Translations under genes and position numbers: made by a program
Notes under the pieces: generated by a model
Seen by the model: only the letters and a program-made list of their open reading frames with translations
What the model was told of the DNA's origin: nothing
Databases searched by the model: none
In this document: piece by piece, positions 1-13,344 of the stretch
Numbering within the stretch: position 1 is the first letter of the stretch
Layout: the number at the start of each line of letters is the position of its first letter
Assembly: GCA_965644295.1 (NCBI GenBank)
Contig: CBFFRP010000520.1
Coordinates: forward strand, 1 to 64,000
Direction: 5' to 3'
Length of the DNA stretch: 64,000 bases
Source: Paraphysomonas bandaiensis
Taxonomy: Eukaryota; Protista; Chrysophyceae

Positions 1-1184
1 CGAATATATGCAGTAGTGTGTGCATGAGGATATTCACTATACATACATTGATGTACCTGCTGTTCGTCATCAATGTTTTTGATAAATGATGTGAATATAC
101 TTGATAGTCATATGCACACATCAAAGGTTATTAATGGTCTCGAAAAAGGGTTGTGAGAGATATGCGTCACGAGTGTAGGTTCCCGTGGAGCATGGAAGAA
201 CATTGAGGTATCAAGTCAGATAAATCGTGGTGTCTTTGTTCTGACGGAAGTTGAACGATATGGGGATATCGATTTACTGTATGGTATGTATACAGATATA
301 AAGGCGACAGAAAATACGGATGAGCTGGAAAGTTGAGGGACCTTATGAAGAATGGAATCACTGTTGTGCCAACCACAGCAGTTATTGGAGCTTCCAGACG
401 TATCGACATCCAGTGATTCAGAAGTAAATCTCAGTGACCGTACGAGGATGAACTGAGCTGTTACATAGGAGAGCGGGTCATTTTAACAAGCATGCTGGTA
501 GAAGCCTCACAAAAGAATGCTAATTATTGGGATCAAAATGAAAACATCTCTCGAAACGTGTTTCCAAAGAACAGTGTTCATGTGATGTATGCGCCAGGCG
601 AAGATCACCAGAGTAAGTTTTCGACAAAGGATGAGGACTCCGTTCGTCCAAATTTCTCGTACGATGTAGCAGTATACTTAAATTGTCCAGCTCGAGGAGG
701 GGAAATTTTACAGTTCAAACTAACACACCATGCCAGTCGGGATGTTCTGGTCGGAAGGGCTTGTTCATAGGACTGGGTCATCGGTACTGCAGGTTTTCAA
801 GAAGATTTTGAAGGAGATGCAGGTACAAATTAGAAATGCATCATTACCATGCAGATGGAGTAAATACAGCCGTAAACTTATACAATATTTATATTAAAGG
901 CACATACCTTAACTTAAACTAGAGAAAATATATATAATAATATCTATTGCACTACATGACATTGTAACCACGGTAATATTTTGAAACGAGGGCCAAAAGT
1001 TCGAGGTTTAAAATTCGGACAAGGGACGATTCTTTATATCCCTAGGTTAAATTGTACACCGGTACACCGTACTCCGAAGTGCGTACTTGTAGCTTGTTGA
1101 ATTTATCGCAAGGAGCTATCCTGTATTCTGTGTAGCAATGAAATACATAATCTACTAAACAATAAACTATGCAAAGAAACTGAA

Positions 1185-1830
1185 CCCTCAACAAAGTAGG
1201 ACTCGCACCTTTTCGAGGTGTTCTGGGGGATAAGTCCGGGAAACTAACGTGAGTCGCATACATATCCAGCAGATAACGTTCTAGTCAGGGGGCTACCTTT
1301 GGGTACAGGAAATTGGTACTAGACGCGGCGGAGTCTTGAAGCTAGCCTGAGTGTGATGGTGTGTGAGGGGAGGGCTACTGTAGTTGGTTGAGGCTGCTCG
1401 GGTAATTTTAAGAGCGTTTGTTTTTTGTGGGTGGTGGTGGTTCGTAGTTGGGGATGATTGAGAAGACTTAGAGTAGGGTAAATAGTGGTGAGTTGAGTGT
1501 GGTGGACATGAGGTGGCCCTGTGATTAATAGGTACCAGGGAATAGGCCCACCTCAAGAACATCCGGGGTATTGGGCTGCCTGCTCAAGAAGTCAAGCATC
1601 CGGGCTGCTCACCTAAAGGACTCAAAAATCATGAAGTCAGTAAATGTCTGGTATGTCAACATTCTGCTTTGAGTGATAGTGGTTGCACCTTGGTGCTTGC
1701 GATGATGCACAAAAAACTTTCATTGAGTTAAATAGAAGGACATCAGAGTTAAGCACTAGTTAGTTAAATTGGAATGCTATACTAGTTGTTCTGACTCTTA
1801 CACGCCTATATTGCTAATAATCAGATATTC
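1185..1830 (+). mobile_element. Dispersed repeat family R copy (candidate non-autonomous retroposon) with an inverted internal fragment at about 1280-1545
   Basis: Starts CCCTCAACAAAGTAGGACTCGCACCTTTTCGAGGTGTTCTGGGGG...ACTAACGTGAG, near-identical to 25766, 34076 and 63396. 1545-1710 matches 63615-63765. The 3' tail ACGCCTATATTGCTAATAAT matches 34352-34370 and 63876-63893. Confidence 0.7.
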
Positions 1831-2919
1831 ACTACTAAAGAAACGGAAAATACAGAAGCCATTAAAGATACGACTTATGTAGTAGAGCAAAATAGAGGTG
1901 TTGGTGATTGATGTTTTGTTTTAACTACCCTACAACAATACCACTACCTTAATATCTCTCCTAATATATTAAATTCAGCAATATACGCATTATTGCCTTC
2001 AAATCCAAAAACACTTATGGTAGCCAGTGGACGGAAATTTTACATCATATTGATATGATAATATTATATTTATTATAATGTTGTGTGTAGCTAGTTGCAG
2101 CTTGCTTGCTGTACGAGGAAATAGGTGCTCCCTGATTACCATTTTTTTATGAAAACAAATAAAAAATTCAAGTGTTGCTTCAAATCAATCGTATCTACAT
2201 AAGCTTACTACTTATATACTATAGAGAATATAGCAATATTGTTGCACTAGCTTTAATAAAAACAACAAATCCTCAAATTTCTATCATAGCTATATTATGC
2301 AATAAATATATTCCTGCCACAGAATGATACTGAGGGAGTAGCAAGTCACGGTGAGGTATTGTAATTTGTATATATCATAAGTGTGATGAATGTAAAAATT
2401 GTAGTCGCACCAGCAGGGTTGTTCTTGCCACATTTATATGCACCACGCACAACCCCTGATGGTGCAACTTACTCAAAAGCTATTTGTGTAATATGACGCA
2501 CACGATCCTGATAAAATCAAGGCATGACCAAAACCCTGAAAAGTATTAGAATATGGATCTTATTCTAGTATATTCAGTATGTCACTTGAAGATAATGTAC
2601 AAGAATACAGTGAAATATAGTGATGTACAAATGCTGTGATGATATTGAGAAACTGAAATAGTTAGATCTTTCAAGATATGTTCAGTAACGAGAGGTTCAC
2701 ATATGTAGGATATTATGCGTGGATTAAAATGAGTTATTAGTGTTGTTTATCACAACTTCGTGTAAACGTTATTAATAAATCTATCTAGTCTTACGACAAA
2801 TTCTCTCTGTGATCTAGCTTAAAATGAGCAATTTCCAACAAAAAGACTGGGTACCACAGCTCCTAATCATCTTCAGGCCTGCAGTCTGATGTAGCATTAG
2901 AACACTCCAATAACATTCG

Positions 2920-3130
2920 AAGTCCTTGTTATGAAGATAGATCGCTTGCACTGACACAATCCTGACCTCATATATATATATCAGACAAAGGTTTTTATAC
3001 AACTTCGAGTGTTTGATGATCTAATTTTGAAAGAGCTTATTATTGTGGTGTCCCTAAAGTTGTGCCGATTAGTATGAGCGTTCTGTTGAACCCATTCAGG
3101 TCAAACATCATTTGAGACAAAATAAGGTAG
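2920..3130. repeat. Second dispersed repeat family, fragment
   Basis: ATGAAGATAGATCGCTTGCACTGACA and ATGAGCGTTCTGTTGAACCCA...TGAGACAAAA recur in inverted form at 53190-53490. The second motif also recurs at about 7265-7320 and 10810-10865. Confidence 0.55.
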
Positions 3131-3552
3131 TAGTCCTTATCACTGAGGTAATTATTACATACAACTGAACCTTTATTAGTCCTAGCATTCATTGAAAATT
3201 GAATATATCACGAATTTATGACCAACAACGGATATACTATAAAGTCAGGTGAACTTGCTATTGCTTATAGAATCTTTTACCAGCATTTTTAAGTTCTAAG
3301 CATCTTTCATCAGTACAAATCACTACGTTTGATATTTCTACCTCCACTCACCAGTCAAGCTTCCAGATCTCAGTGTCTGCGTATCTATAGTCTCATAACT
3401 TATCTATGTCGTATTTTCGTACATTATACTTTAAGATACTTATCTAAACACTAATCACTGCAAAATAGATTAAACGAAATCGATATTTCAATGTCTCTTT
3501 ATTAACTATTGACAGCTAAGGTGCTATCACCTATTATCAGAAAGCTTGAATA

Positions 3553-6194
3553 TCAGTTCGAGATGTTTTCTATTTTCGGTATGAGGTTCTCAAGCTCTAG
3601 CGGATCCTCAGAAAATCCTATCGCCTGTATCATGCCATATTACTTAAACAATCAGTACACATTTGATATTCATACCTGTAGCCAAGACTCCAGATTTCGA
3701 GTACGCTGGCGACTTACCGCTTTCTCTGGAGTCTCCGCTGGTGTGTTCTTTTTCTTGCCCTTTTTGTTACTGGATGAAGTAGATGGTGCACTAATAGGGA
3801 GTGGGCACGGAATGTTGGATGCGTGAAGGGTAATGTTTACATTTTCTTCGGATGGATCAATCTTATATAAACACCCTGGTGACCCTCCCTGACAAAATAC
3901 TTTTCTAACAGCTTCTTTTAAATCATCTAGTCGAGCCACGCTCCTAGCTACTACGTTGACGGATAAAACCCCACTCGGGGACAGCAAGGATCTCAGCACC
4001 TTCAAGAACTCAAGGGTGACAAACTCCTTAGGAGGAGCAGACATGCCTAGGGAAGAGTCTTTGCTATCTACATCAAGTACTATACAATCGTAGGAATATG
4101 GAGGTGGTGAGTCACATGTACGACGTGCGTTATACTGAGCCATACTTTCTACGACCTCCAACCCATCTCCAACCATCACACGACAGAGAGGACCCTTCTT
4201 GAAGCCAAAGTGCTTCGTTGCCACCTCCTCCAAACCAGGAACCAGCTCAACTACATCCAGTGCCATGGATGGCAGGTACCGTTGCAATGCCATCACGAGC
4301 CCTCCCCCTCCTAATCCAACCACAAGACATCGACCCCTGACTTTACTTGCATCTCTTAGAAGAGGCGCACATAATGTTTCCGGGATAGTTGTCACTTCCT
4401 CCTGCATTTCTGGGGTTCTGTGAGCAGCGGCCTCTGTTAGTAATTCAGGGCCTGCCAACAGGAACCCCACTAACATAGCTCTGTGGTGGTCGTCCAAGAA
4501 AGTATAGTCGAACTCAAGCAGCGTTTCGACTCCAGGTGTGGCTGCTGTCTTCACTTTGCTTCCTTTTTTTCCTTTACTCTTTCCCTTGCTCTTGTTTTTG
4601 GTGCTTCGGGGCTGAACCAGTCGAACTTCAGTCTGTACGAATTGCTGGTTCTCCAAGAACATGAGTCGCCGTCTGCATTCTTCAGAGGATAACTCCTCCA
4701 CTGTGTACATACCAGTCAGTGGTAACTCCCCGGTTTCAATAGCCTCCCAGTCACTCTCATCCCCCACCGCTAAGTACGGGATTCTATCATCTCCATCCAA
4801 GTCCCCAGCATCCCCAGGACATAATGATAACGCCACAGGAGACAGTTCCACCTTCACCGCACTCACATTACACCAGCACATACATTCAACAGAAGTCAGA
4901 ATACCTGAAGCTCAGCCATTGGTGGAAACTGGTGAGGCTTATTGCACCGCACAGCTATCAGACGCCTACAACTGGCCTATGTGGAATACGTGAGCACCAT
5001 CCAGAAATTAACATATCTCATTGCGCTCACCTGCGCAGCAATGTCGGCCAGACCAGACGGGGTGCTGAACTGGTATTCCGTCTCTCGCCCACTTGGAACG
5101 AAGAAAACAGCAGCTGATCTGGCTGCTCTCGCTGCAAAGTCGAATACAATTATCGAAAATCTGGGAATGGTAGGGTGCCCAACGGCAGAATGAATTTCCA
5201 CAACCTCAAATCTTTCTCCAGGGCGCACCATGGATAGATCAAACCGTTTTTGCATGAATGATTGTACTTGTGGAACCTGTTAAGTAATTATTACCTGTAA
5301 AGTAAAGAAATGTAGCTTTAGCTTACCATTTCAAGTGCCTCAGACAGGGATATTGTCTGTGGAGTTGACAGGGGTGATCCAAAAATATCAAACGTAAGCT
5401 CTATTTTTGCATCACTTTCCTCTGAGATAGATGTCTTGGTACAAGTGACTAGAAGAGGTTTGAAAGGTGATGGAGCGCCCGTAGTCACTATATCTAGCTT
5501 GCAAGTAAAACCCGACGAAGTATGGGAAGCCAGCAATCGGGATATAATATAATCTTCGGCAAGGGTCACGCACATGTACCTCCCACCAACTCGAAGAACA
5601 CGGGATATGTTAGCAAACATGCTGTCAGCCTGAGCGCCAACTGCAGCAGAGTCAGTACTCATAAGTGCATCGAGAGCACCCTTGTCAAATACAACGTCAA
5701 AAGAGCCATCAGAGTAGCTGAGAGATGTCATATCCATGACTTCCCATTTCATATCTGGCCTGGACGCCGCATTCTGCTCCAGCATCGACTTAATCACCTC
5801 TTCACTGAAGTCAATATTGACAATATTGTGGTAACCGCTGTCGTATAGATTGGAGCTGAAGTCGGAGTTCCCGCACCCTATGACGAGGATCCTGTCGCTG
5901 GGTCGGATATGTCTGAAGCAGTGCAGAGAGAGATCTTTAAAGGCTCCGTACCTTAACACACACGTCATACACACGTACAGATACACACATACAGGACATA
6001 CCATTCAAAAGCAGCGTCTCCTCTCTCGCGGAAGAAGTTATCCCAGTACTCCTTCTTACGGAACTCCTACTCGACACAACACACGTAACACACAGCAGAC
6101 ACACACACACACAGCAGACACACACACACACAGGCAGCTCTCCATGTATGTACAGGAGGGGACTTACATCGTGATGCTTGGGTAAAAGATTCAT
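3553..6194 (-). CDS. EEF1AKNMT: eEF1A lysine and N-terminal methyltransferase (METTL13), spliced
   Basis: Spliced N-terminus MNLLPKHHD|EFRKKEYWDNFFRERGDAAFEW|YGAF. First methyltransferase domain (VIGCGNS, DKGALDAL). Second spermidine-synthase-like domain (VVGLGGGGL, GDGLE, LDVDSKD...APP). Last exon inferred after a GTATGA donor, stop at 3553. Confidence 0.93.
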
Positions 6195-6208
6195 TACAGA
6201 TAGGTGCA

Positions 6209-6373
6209 AGTGCTCTTTCTCTCAGGTGACTCTGTGAGACGTCTCTGTCGCTACTCTATGCTGTTCTATGCTACTCTATGCCAGTCTATGCTAGTCTATG
6301 CTGTTCTATGGTGTGGTGTGGTATAGGCGGGTGCGTTCATATACATACATACATACATACATACATACATACA

Positions 6374-6407
<34 letters not shown>

Positions 6408-7376
6408 CATACATACATACATATACAGTTGTAGTAGGGGTGTATATTGTGTTGGGTTGAGAGGAGAGTGCTGCTGTAGTGTGGATGGACAGGACAGCCA
6501 ACAGAGTGCGGTATGCTGTACTCCGGTACTGCTGTGCGGTGAGTATACGCACCAACTTGCTCCGGTACATACACCAGCAACAACAATACTCCGGTACATA
6601 CACCATCAGTACTGCACCAGTCCGTGCAGCGGTACACCAGCAGCTAGACAGATAGACATGACATTAACTTAACAGCTAGATAATACCAGCCATAATAACG
6701 ATAACGTGTATGGTTTCATTAAATAGGAATGTGATTCACTGATGTAGAGTGTGCAGATATATCTATTAGAGTTGAGAGCCACCTGTACTCTGCCTCTGAC
6801 TGCTCCGTAACGTTATTGTCATATCAGTTATATGGTTAACGAGATGCTGACTCACTAAGAGATTACGATAAGACGAAAGGCTTATAAACGACAGCTCTAG
6901 AACTAGCAGTGAAAGGGTTCATGGCACTGGGGGGGAAGTATCACAGTCTCCACGGCTGCAACTCTGTTAGTCAGAACTCTCTAATTAGTAACTCTCTGAT
7001 TAAAGAAAAATTGCTTCTCTTCCTTTTATATGAATGATTATATTCCAATTATTGCATTTCGTTATCAAACTGTAGTACAGGCCTTGTTCCCGTTCCCGGC
7101 AATTATAATTGCATTACCATTAATGGCCCGTTAATGGCATTATAGCGAATACCCGGCCCTGATACGTATGACTGTCAACATCATAATTAAGGTAGAAGCT
7201 AATTTCAATTCGAACCGAATATTAAATTTAAATATCTGTATTTGTCCGTTTCTAAGTTTCTAATATGAGCGCTCTGTTGAACCCACATCAGGCCAAAGAA
7301 ACACTGTTCTTGAGACAAAACCGATACCGTTATAATTCGAATAGCTATTGCTTACAAATAAGTTAAACTCGACAAG
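6209..7376. repeat. Duplicated block A, copy 1 (matches 9755-10922)
   Basis: Base-for-base match at offset 3546; ORF-track duplicates 6278/9824 agree. Confidence 0.95.
6339..6426. repeat. (TACA)n microsatellite
   Basis: Tetranucleotide run read directly. Confidence 0.95.
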
Positions 7377-7712
7377 TGCTAAGGCGCTTACAAGCTCTTC
7401 TGCTCTATAATATCAAATAAACTGTCCTGTATAGCATGGCATTTCAGCTTTTAGAAATTTTTGTTAATTACTACTACATTATACTACAATTTTTGTACTT
7501 AGTATTGTATTGTATAGAACCACTCCTAGTTGTACAAGATACACGAGTAAGCTGCTGTACACGATAATCCACAAATGTGCTTGCAATCACATACGAATCA
7601 TTATTATTCATAATAAATACTATTTCAATAGGCATACGAAGATTGTACTTCTCTTCTACGCGCCGTAGCATTGACATAGATTACTCGTTTTCTCAACTAA
7701 CAGCCGCACTAT

Positions 7713-8615
7713 CTAGAATACGGTAATCAGGACAAAGCAGCTGTAGAGAAGCATGATTGGATAGGCCACTAGCCAGTATTGTTCAGTCAGCTGAAGCTTT
7801 GAATCGAATATCCTGCAGGAGAGCAATGACAAATGATTAGTTGACGGGAGGAAAAGTAGTATTTTCGAACCTCGTGGATGCAGCGGTGGACCAGATTACC
7901 ACCAGCACGGAAACAATAAACCCAATAACGCCTCTTAGATCCAACACTATGGATAATGCTGTACACATATTATATACGCACAGAAATATGATGTACATCA
8001 CCCACCCGCGAGTCCGATTATTGGCAGCATACAGTAGCCCAGCACCGAGGAGGTTCGCCATATATCGAGCCCGCCCTTAGAGTCGAGGAGATTAATTACT
8101 GTATAAAGACTGGAGCACCCAAATATGCTAAAACCGTAAATGTATCCAAAGTGAACCTTCCCAGAGAGGAGAAGAACTGCCCCAAGCAGCATGCAGTATA
8201 CCAACGGTCCAGCGATATCTGCGTCGTCCAAAATATGCTCATCGATGTGCTGAAAATTCAAAGTGAGAACACACGCATCCAATAAAGAATAAAAAGTTAC
8301 CTTAATGGGTATGATAACTGCCTGTGTTTTACTCCATATGTGATCAAATCTAATTCCCAGTTCTTCAAGTAGAGGGGCCTCATTCTCATAATCCTCATCA
8401 GCATCAAATCGTCCTGTATATCCTGAGCTCATATCATCCCCGCTGCCGTATCTGGGTATATCGGGAGTAGAAGCCCCTGGTTTATCAGGAGACTTTGAGT
8501 ACCACGGGTCCTCATTAGAGGTGCCGTCAAAGTCCGAGAAGTCTGATCCATAGTTACCATACCCCTCTGCTGGGCTCGAATAGTTTTCAGGATCAAGAGC
8601 GTGATTTCTTATCAT
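7713..8615 (-). CDS. YIPF5: Yip1-domain protein (YIPF5/YIPF7-like), copy 1, spliced
   Basis: Motifs ENEAPLLEELGIRFDHIWSKT, DADIAGPL, GKVHFGYIYG, SVLGYCMLP and C-terminal AYPIMLLYSCFVLITVF*. Confidence 0.9.
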
Positions 8616-9070
8616 TTTATACGTAGATCCGAGAGAGAGTCAGAGACTATTGTGAGGGTCTACACATTAATAATATAAAGGTGTCCTAATCTGTTATGTA
8701 TGTGTGTGTGTGTATGTGGGCTCTGCAGCTCTGTTAAGAGTTAAAGGAGTGTTATACAGTGCTGTATACACTGTATGTTTACCGTCTACAACACTCAACT
8801 GCGACTCGCAACAACAATAGCGATAGTAAAATACCACGGTATACCTAGTGTATACTCTGTATACTGCCATAGGTGCTGCTCCTGCTATTGCTCTATGTGA
8901 GGAATGAGTATGTATACCATGGTATACGGCACTGTATACCTACATCACAGCACATGATCATGAGCGAGCCGAGATGCATAGGCAGATATGCACCCACTGC
9001 TGTGTTCCGCCTCATATGCTCCTCTCGTACACGCATGTGGTGATTCAATCCGGGTAGTTCATATGGAGGA

Positions 9071-9742
9071 ATGACCTCTGTGTTATTTCGTTTGTTTGGC
9101 TGTAGATGTGAGAGTGGTGGGGGTATGAGCGATATGCTCTCAGAGCTCTCTGTTCTCTTATCCTCCGCCTCGGACAGCATCAGCAGCAGACCGGAGCTAG
9201 AGCTGGAAGGGGTCCCTGATGCTGTGTGGACACCCGCAACACACAGGCTATTTTCTTACTCCTTCAGGCGCAAAGTGTTCACTCTGCTGTGCTGTCTAAA
9301 GAGATGCGGTATATTCCTGCCTCACGAGGTGCTCACACTGTTGATACTGTCTCACTTTACTCTGCGGAGTGAAATCATGTCTCATGTGGTGTGCATAAGC
9401 GCAACTCGAACGGAATTTGCCCAGTTGAGCCGTTACTCCCGTATATATAGCCTTCACTCGCCAGTAGCACTTGATATAGTGTCATGCCGTGACGATGATG
9501 GAGAGGTGCGCATCGTTTTTGGAGAACGTTGTTATCCGAACTCCACAGATTCACATCTCATGCTAGCTAACCTTCACAGCAGTGAATTCGTTTATTGGAA
9601 GAGGTTAAGAGATGGGAGCGATTTCAGCTGGAGGGTAACGAAGATGACAGAAGACATGCTATCCCACACAAATTTACTGATTTTTGGGACGGAAAGTATT
9701 ATGGATAACGAATCTTGGTTTTATATACTTAAACAGCTTTAG
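9071..9742 (+). CDS. Hypothetical protein, copy 1 (start uncertain)
   Basis: 223-aa ORF with coding-like composition, divergent from YIPF. Contains W-x-P-x-x-H...LPHEV motif. Confidence 0.6.
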   Translation: MTSVLFRLFGCRCESGGGMSDMLSELSVLLSSASDSISSRPELELEGVPDAVWTPATHRLFSYSFRRKVFTLLCCLKRCGIFLPHEVLTLLILSHFTLRSEIMSHVVCISATRTEFAQLSRYSRIYSLHSPVALDIVSCRDDDGEVRIVFGERCYPNSTDSHLMLANLHSSEFVYWKRLRDGSDFSWRVTKMTEDMLSHTNLLIFGTESIMDNESWFYILKQL

Positions 9743-9754
9743 TCTGCATTTTTT

Positions 9755-9919
9755 AGTGCTCTTTCTCTCAGGTGACTCTGTGAGACGTCTCTGTCGCTAC
9801 TCTATGCTGTTCTATGCTACTCTATGCCAGTCTATGCTAGTCTATGCTGTTCTATGGTGTGGTGTGGTATAGGCGGGTGCGTTCATATACATACATACAT
9901 ACATACATACATACATACA

Positions 9920-9953
<34 letters not shown>

Positions 9954-10922
9954 CATACATACATACATATACAGTTGTAGTAGGGGTGTATATTGTGTTG
10001 GGTTGAGAGGAGAGTGCTGCTGTAGTGTGGATGGACAGGACAGCCAACAGAGTGCGGTATGCTGTACTCCGGTACTGCTGTGCGGTGAGTATACGCACCA
10101 ACTTGCTCCGGTACATACACCAGCAACAACAATACTCCGGTACATACACCATCAGTACTGCACCAGTCCGTGCAGCGGTACACCAGCAGCTAGACAGATA
10201 GACATGACATTAACTTAACAGCTAGATAATACCAGCCATAATAACGATAACGTGTATGGTTTCATTAAATAGGAATGTGATTCACTGATGTAGAGTGTGC
10301 AGATATATCTATTAGAGTTGAGAGCCACCTGTACTCTGCCTCTGACTGCTCCGTAACGTTATTGTCATATCAGTTATATGGTTAACGAGATGCTGACTCA
10401 CTAAGAGATTACGATAAGACGAAAGGCTTATAAACGACAGCTCTAGAACTAGCAGTGAAAGGGTTCATGGCACTGGGGGGGAAGTATCACAGTCTCCACG
10501 GCTGCAACTCTGTTAGTCAGAACTCTCTAATTAGTAACTCTCTGATTAAAGAAAAATTGCTTCTCTTCCTTTTATATGAATGATTATATTCCAATTATTG
10601 CATTTCGTTATCAAACTGTAGTACAGGCCTTGTTCCCGTTCCCGGCAATTATAATTGCATTACCATTAATGGCCCGTTAATGGCATTATAGCGAATACCC
10701 GGCCCTGATACGTATGACTGTCAACATCATAATTAAGGTAGAAGCTAATTTCAATTCGAACCGAATATTAAATTTAAATATCTGTATTTGTCCGTTTCTA
10801 AGTTTCTAATATGAGCGCTCTGTTGAACCCACATCAGGCCAAAGAAACACTGTTCTTGAGACAAAACCGATACCGTTATAATTCGAATAGCTATTGCTTA
10901 CAAATAAGTTAAACTCGACAAG
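9755..10922. repeat. Duplicated block A, copy 2 (includes (TACA)n at about 9885-9972)
   Basis: Matches 6209-7376. Confidence 0.95.
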
Positions 10923-10949
10923 CAAATATATACACCAATATTCATATAA

Positions 10950-11210
10950 ATATGGTGTTACTAAGTTGTTACTAAGTGTGAATAGAAGTAAGTGTTACTA
11001 AGTAAGTGTTACTAAGTTGTTACTAAGTGTGAATAGAAGTAAGTGTTACTAAGTTGTTACTAAGTGTGAATAGAAGTAAGTGTTACTATATATGAATATT
11101 ATATATATGGTGTTACTAAGTTGTTACTAAGTGTGAATAGAAGTAAGTGTTACTAAGTAAGTGTTACTAAGTTGTTACTAAGTGTGAATAGAAGTAAGTG
11201 TTACTAAGTG
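10950..11210. repeat. Complex minisatellite of GTTACTAAG and TGTGAATAGAAGTAA units
   Basis: Repeated GTGTTACTAAGTTGTTACTAAGTGTGAATAGAAGTAA units arranged as two higher-order blocks. Confidence 0.9.
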
Positions 11211-12164
11211 TCGAAAGGTTATGTAAGTAAAAGTTACGTTGTATCGAATGTTAGTTAATGGTAAAAATGAAACAAACTAAGACTAAGGAACAGATAGCAA
11301 AAAATATTACTAAATAAGTAGAAACAAACGATGCAGGAAGCAGTGTTAAGTCAGCCGACGGAAATGAATTGGTTTCAGTGAGCTGGTCATGATACCGTGA
11401 TGTCTCCAGTTCGGCTGTTCGAGCTGCCACATGCTGCTGCTCGTTTAAAGTATCCATTCCCTTGCGGCGAATATTAGTAACGAATCATTTCATCCAGTGT
11501 ATCTGGACAAGTAAGAGCATGCAATGTCTGATAGAAGGGATCAGGACTGCGGTCTTCCATGATCGAACACTCTGCAGGATCGTCAGGCAAGGGAGTAAAA
11601 TCTTCCTCAAGCTCCAGAGCGCAAGTAAAACTCCAGGATTGTCAGGCAAGGGAGTTTTACTTGCGCTCTGGAGTATATTCTGGATACGAGTGTATGGATG
11701 GGAGTTCTATGAGCTCTACTGGGATGCCCTTCGCGCTAACGAGAACAAAAGCGTCGTTTTTCATCGTCTTGTCCAAAAAAATATACCGCAGAAGCCAATC
11801 AGAAATGGAGCATGCCAATAAAGAAGTGTCACTCCAGGCAACACTCACTGTGAGGACACGAATCTTAGTCGTGATGATAACTCTGACTTGATTGCAGTGA
11901 AGTTGTGATTGTGTAGTAATCGCAAATGCGGCTGACTAAAGTGTGACGTCGAACAGAACATTGAAGTATGGGCAGGCACTGGTATGTGAACAGCGTTTTG
12001 GAACTCCAAGAAGCAGATAGGGATGGTTTGAGGGAACAAGATACCATCATCCAGCTGAAATCTTGATGTCGTGCTGCAGAAACCGCAACTTCAATTTTGA
12101 AGTAGCGAATGCCACGCACTTAGATAGTGATGTCTTGGAATTCCAATAAGGCAACAATTCTGTG

Positions 12165-12325
12165 TGTGGGAATATAAGATCCAGCAGAATATGTCGATCC
12201 AGCAAAAAAATCCAGGTTTTTTTGATGCATGCTGTTTTTTGACGAATATATTTCAGAGAAATAACGAAAAAAGGTCGATTTTTTTGCTGGATCGACATAT
12301 TCCGCTGGATCGACTTATTCCCACA
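12165..12325. mobile_element. MITE-like element with about 49-bp inverted repeats
   Basis: Left TGTGGGAATATAAGATCCAGCAGAATATGTCGATCCAGCAAAAAAATC; right end reverse-complemented TGTGGGAATAAGTCGATCCAGCGGAATATGTCGATCCAGCAAAAAAATC. No clear TSD. Confidence 0.7.
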
Positions 12326-13344
12326 GAAGGAATTTGAGAGAGCGAATACACTGTGAATCGTGCCATTATTAACTGTGAGTTCGTATTGCAAGCTTCATCA
12401 CTATGCGGGAGAGCTATTGTGAAGGTTTATGCCTCATTATCGACAAAATGAGCGTGACAAGTGGGTTCCCGTGACCTGTAGAAAAGCGGAGAGTGTATGT
12501 CTCGAGGTTATTGAAGACGACGCAAGCAAGCAGTATGCCTATTAGTATTGGAGGGGAGAAAAGCATTTGAAATGCGCAGTGAAAGTTCAGTCCGAGTACG
12601 TCGTTGATTCATGTGCTGATTTACAGCATGAAACCGTGTTTGAAATGGAAAAAGAAGACCATGCAGGTGAGGTAGTGGATATGCTCGACTTACTGAGCAA
12701 TGCTCTCAGTCGTGGTAAAAAGAGAAATAATGTATCAGAAATGGCTTTAAGCTCCAGAGACTCCCGGCTAGTGTCAGGTAATAAGTATTGGTACTAGAGA
12801 CTAGAGTAGTAGAGTGTGTAGCTGGAGTACTATTGGTCTGTTGAGTAATAATCAGTTCATTCATTGGGGTACAGTTATTGCTTTTCTGTTACATGCGCAA
12901 GCAATAATGAGAACTAGATGGTGTACTGTAATGAACTATAAGATTAGGTGAAATTTAGCATATATCAAGATTTGTCGTTAATTTGCAGCAAACGCATGCA
13001 TGTGTATGTGCTAAGGCGCTTACAAGCTCTTCTGCTCTATAATATCAAATAAACTGTCCTGTATAGCATGGCATTTCAGCTTTTAGAAATTTTTGTTAAT
13101 TACTACTACATTATACTACAATTTTTGTACTTAGTATTGTATTGTATAGAACCACTCCTAGTTGTACAAGATACACGAGTAAGCTGCTGTACACGATAAT
13201 CCACAAATGTGCTTGCAATCACATACGAATCATTATTATTCATAATAAATACTATTTCAATAGGCATACGAAGATTGTACTTCTCTTCTACGCGCCGTAG
13301 CATTGACATAGATTACTCGTTTTCTCAACTAACAGCCGCACTAT

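Larger units (their letters stand above)
7376..9755. repeat. Duplicated block B, copy 1 (matches 13008-15387)
   Basis: Match at offset 5632; ORF-track duplicates 7998/13630 and 9071/14703 agree. Confidence 0.95.

Noticed and set aside
1-835. Coding-like segment at the window start
   Set aside because: Multiple stops and no recognisable motif; possibly a pseudogene but not assignable.
6278-6672. ORFs reading YIHT/MYVC repeats (also about 9.8, 17.3 and 59.8 kb)
   Set aside because: Artefacts of stop-free (TACA)n tracts.
10950-11210. CRISPR-like or telomere-like array
   Set aside because: No unique spacers, no cas genes, eukaryotic context, and the unit lacks a G-run telomere motif. It is a minisatellite.
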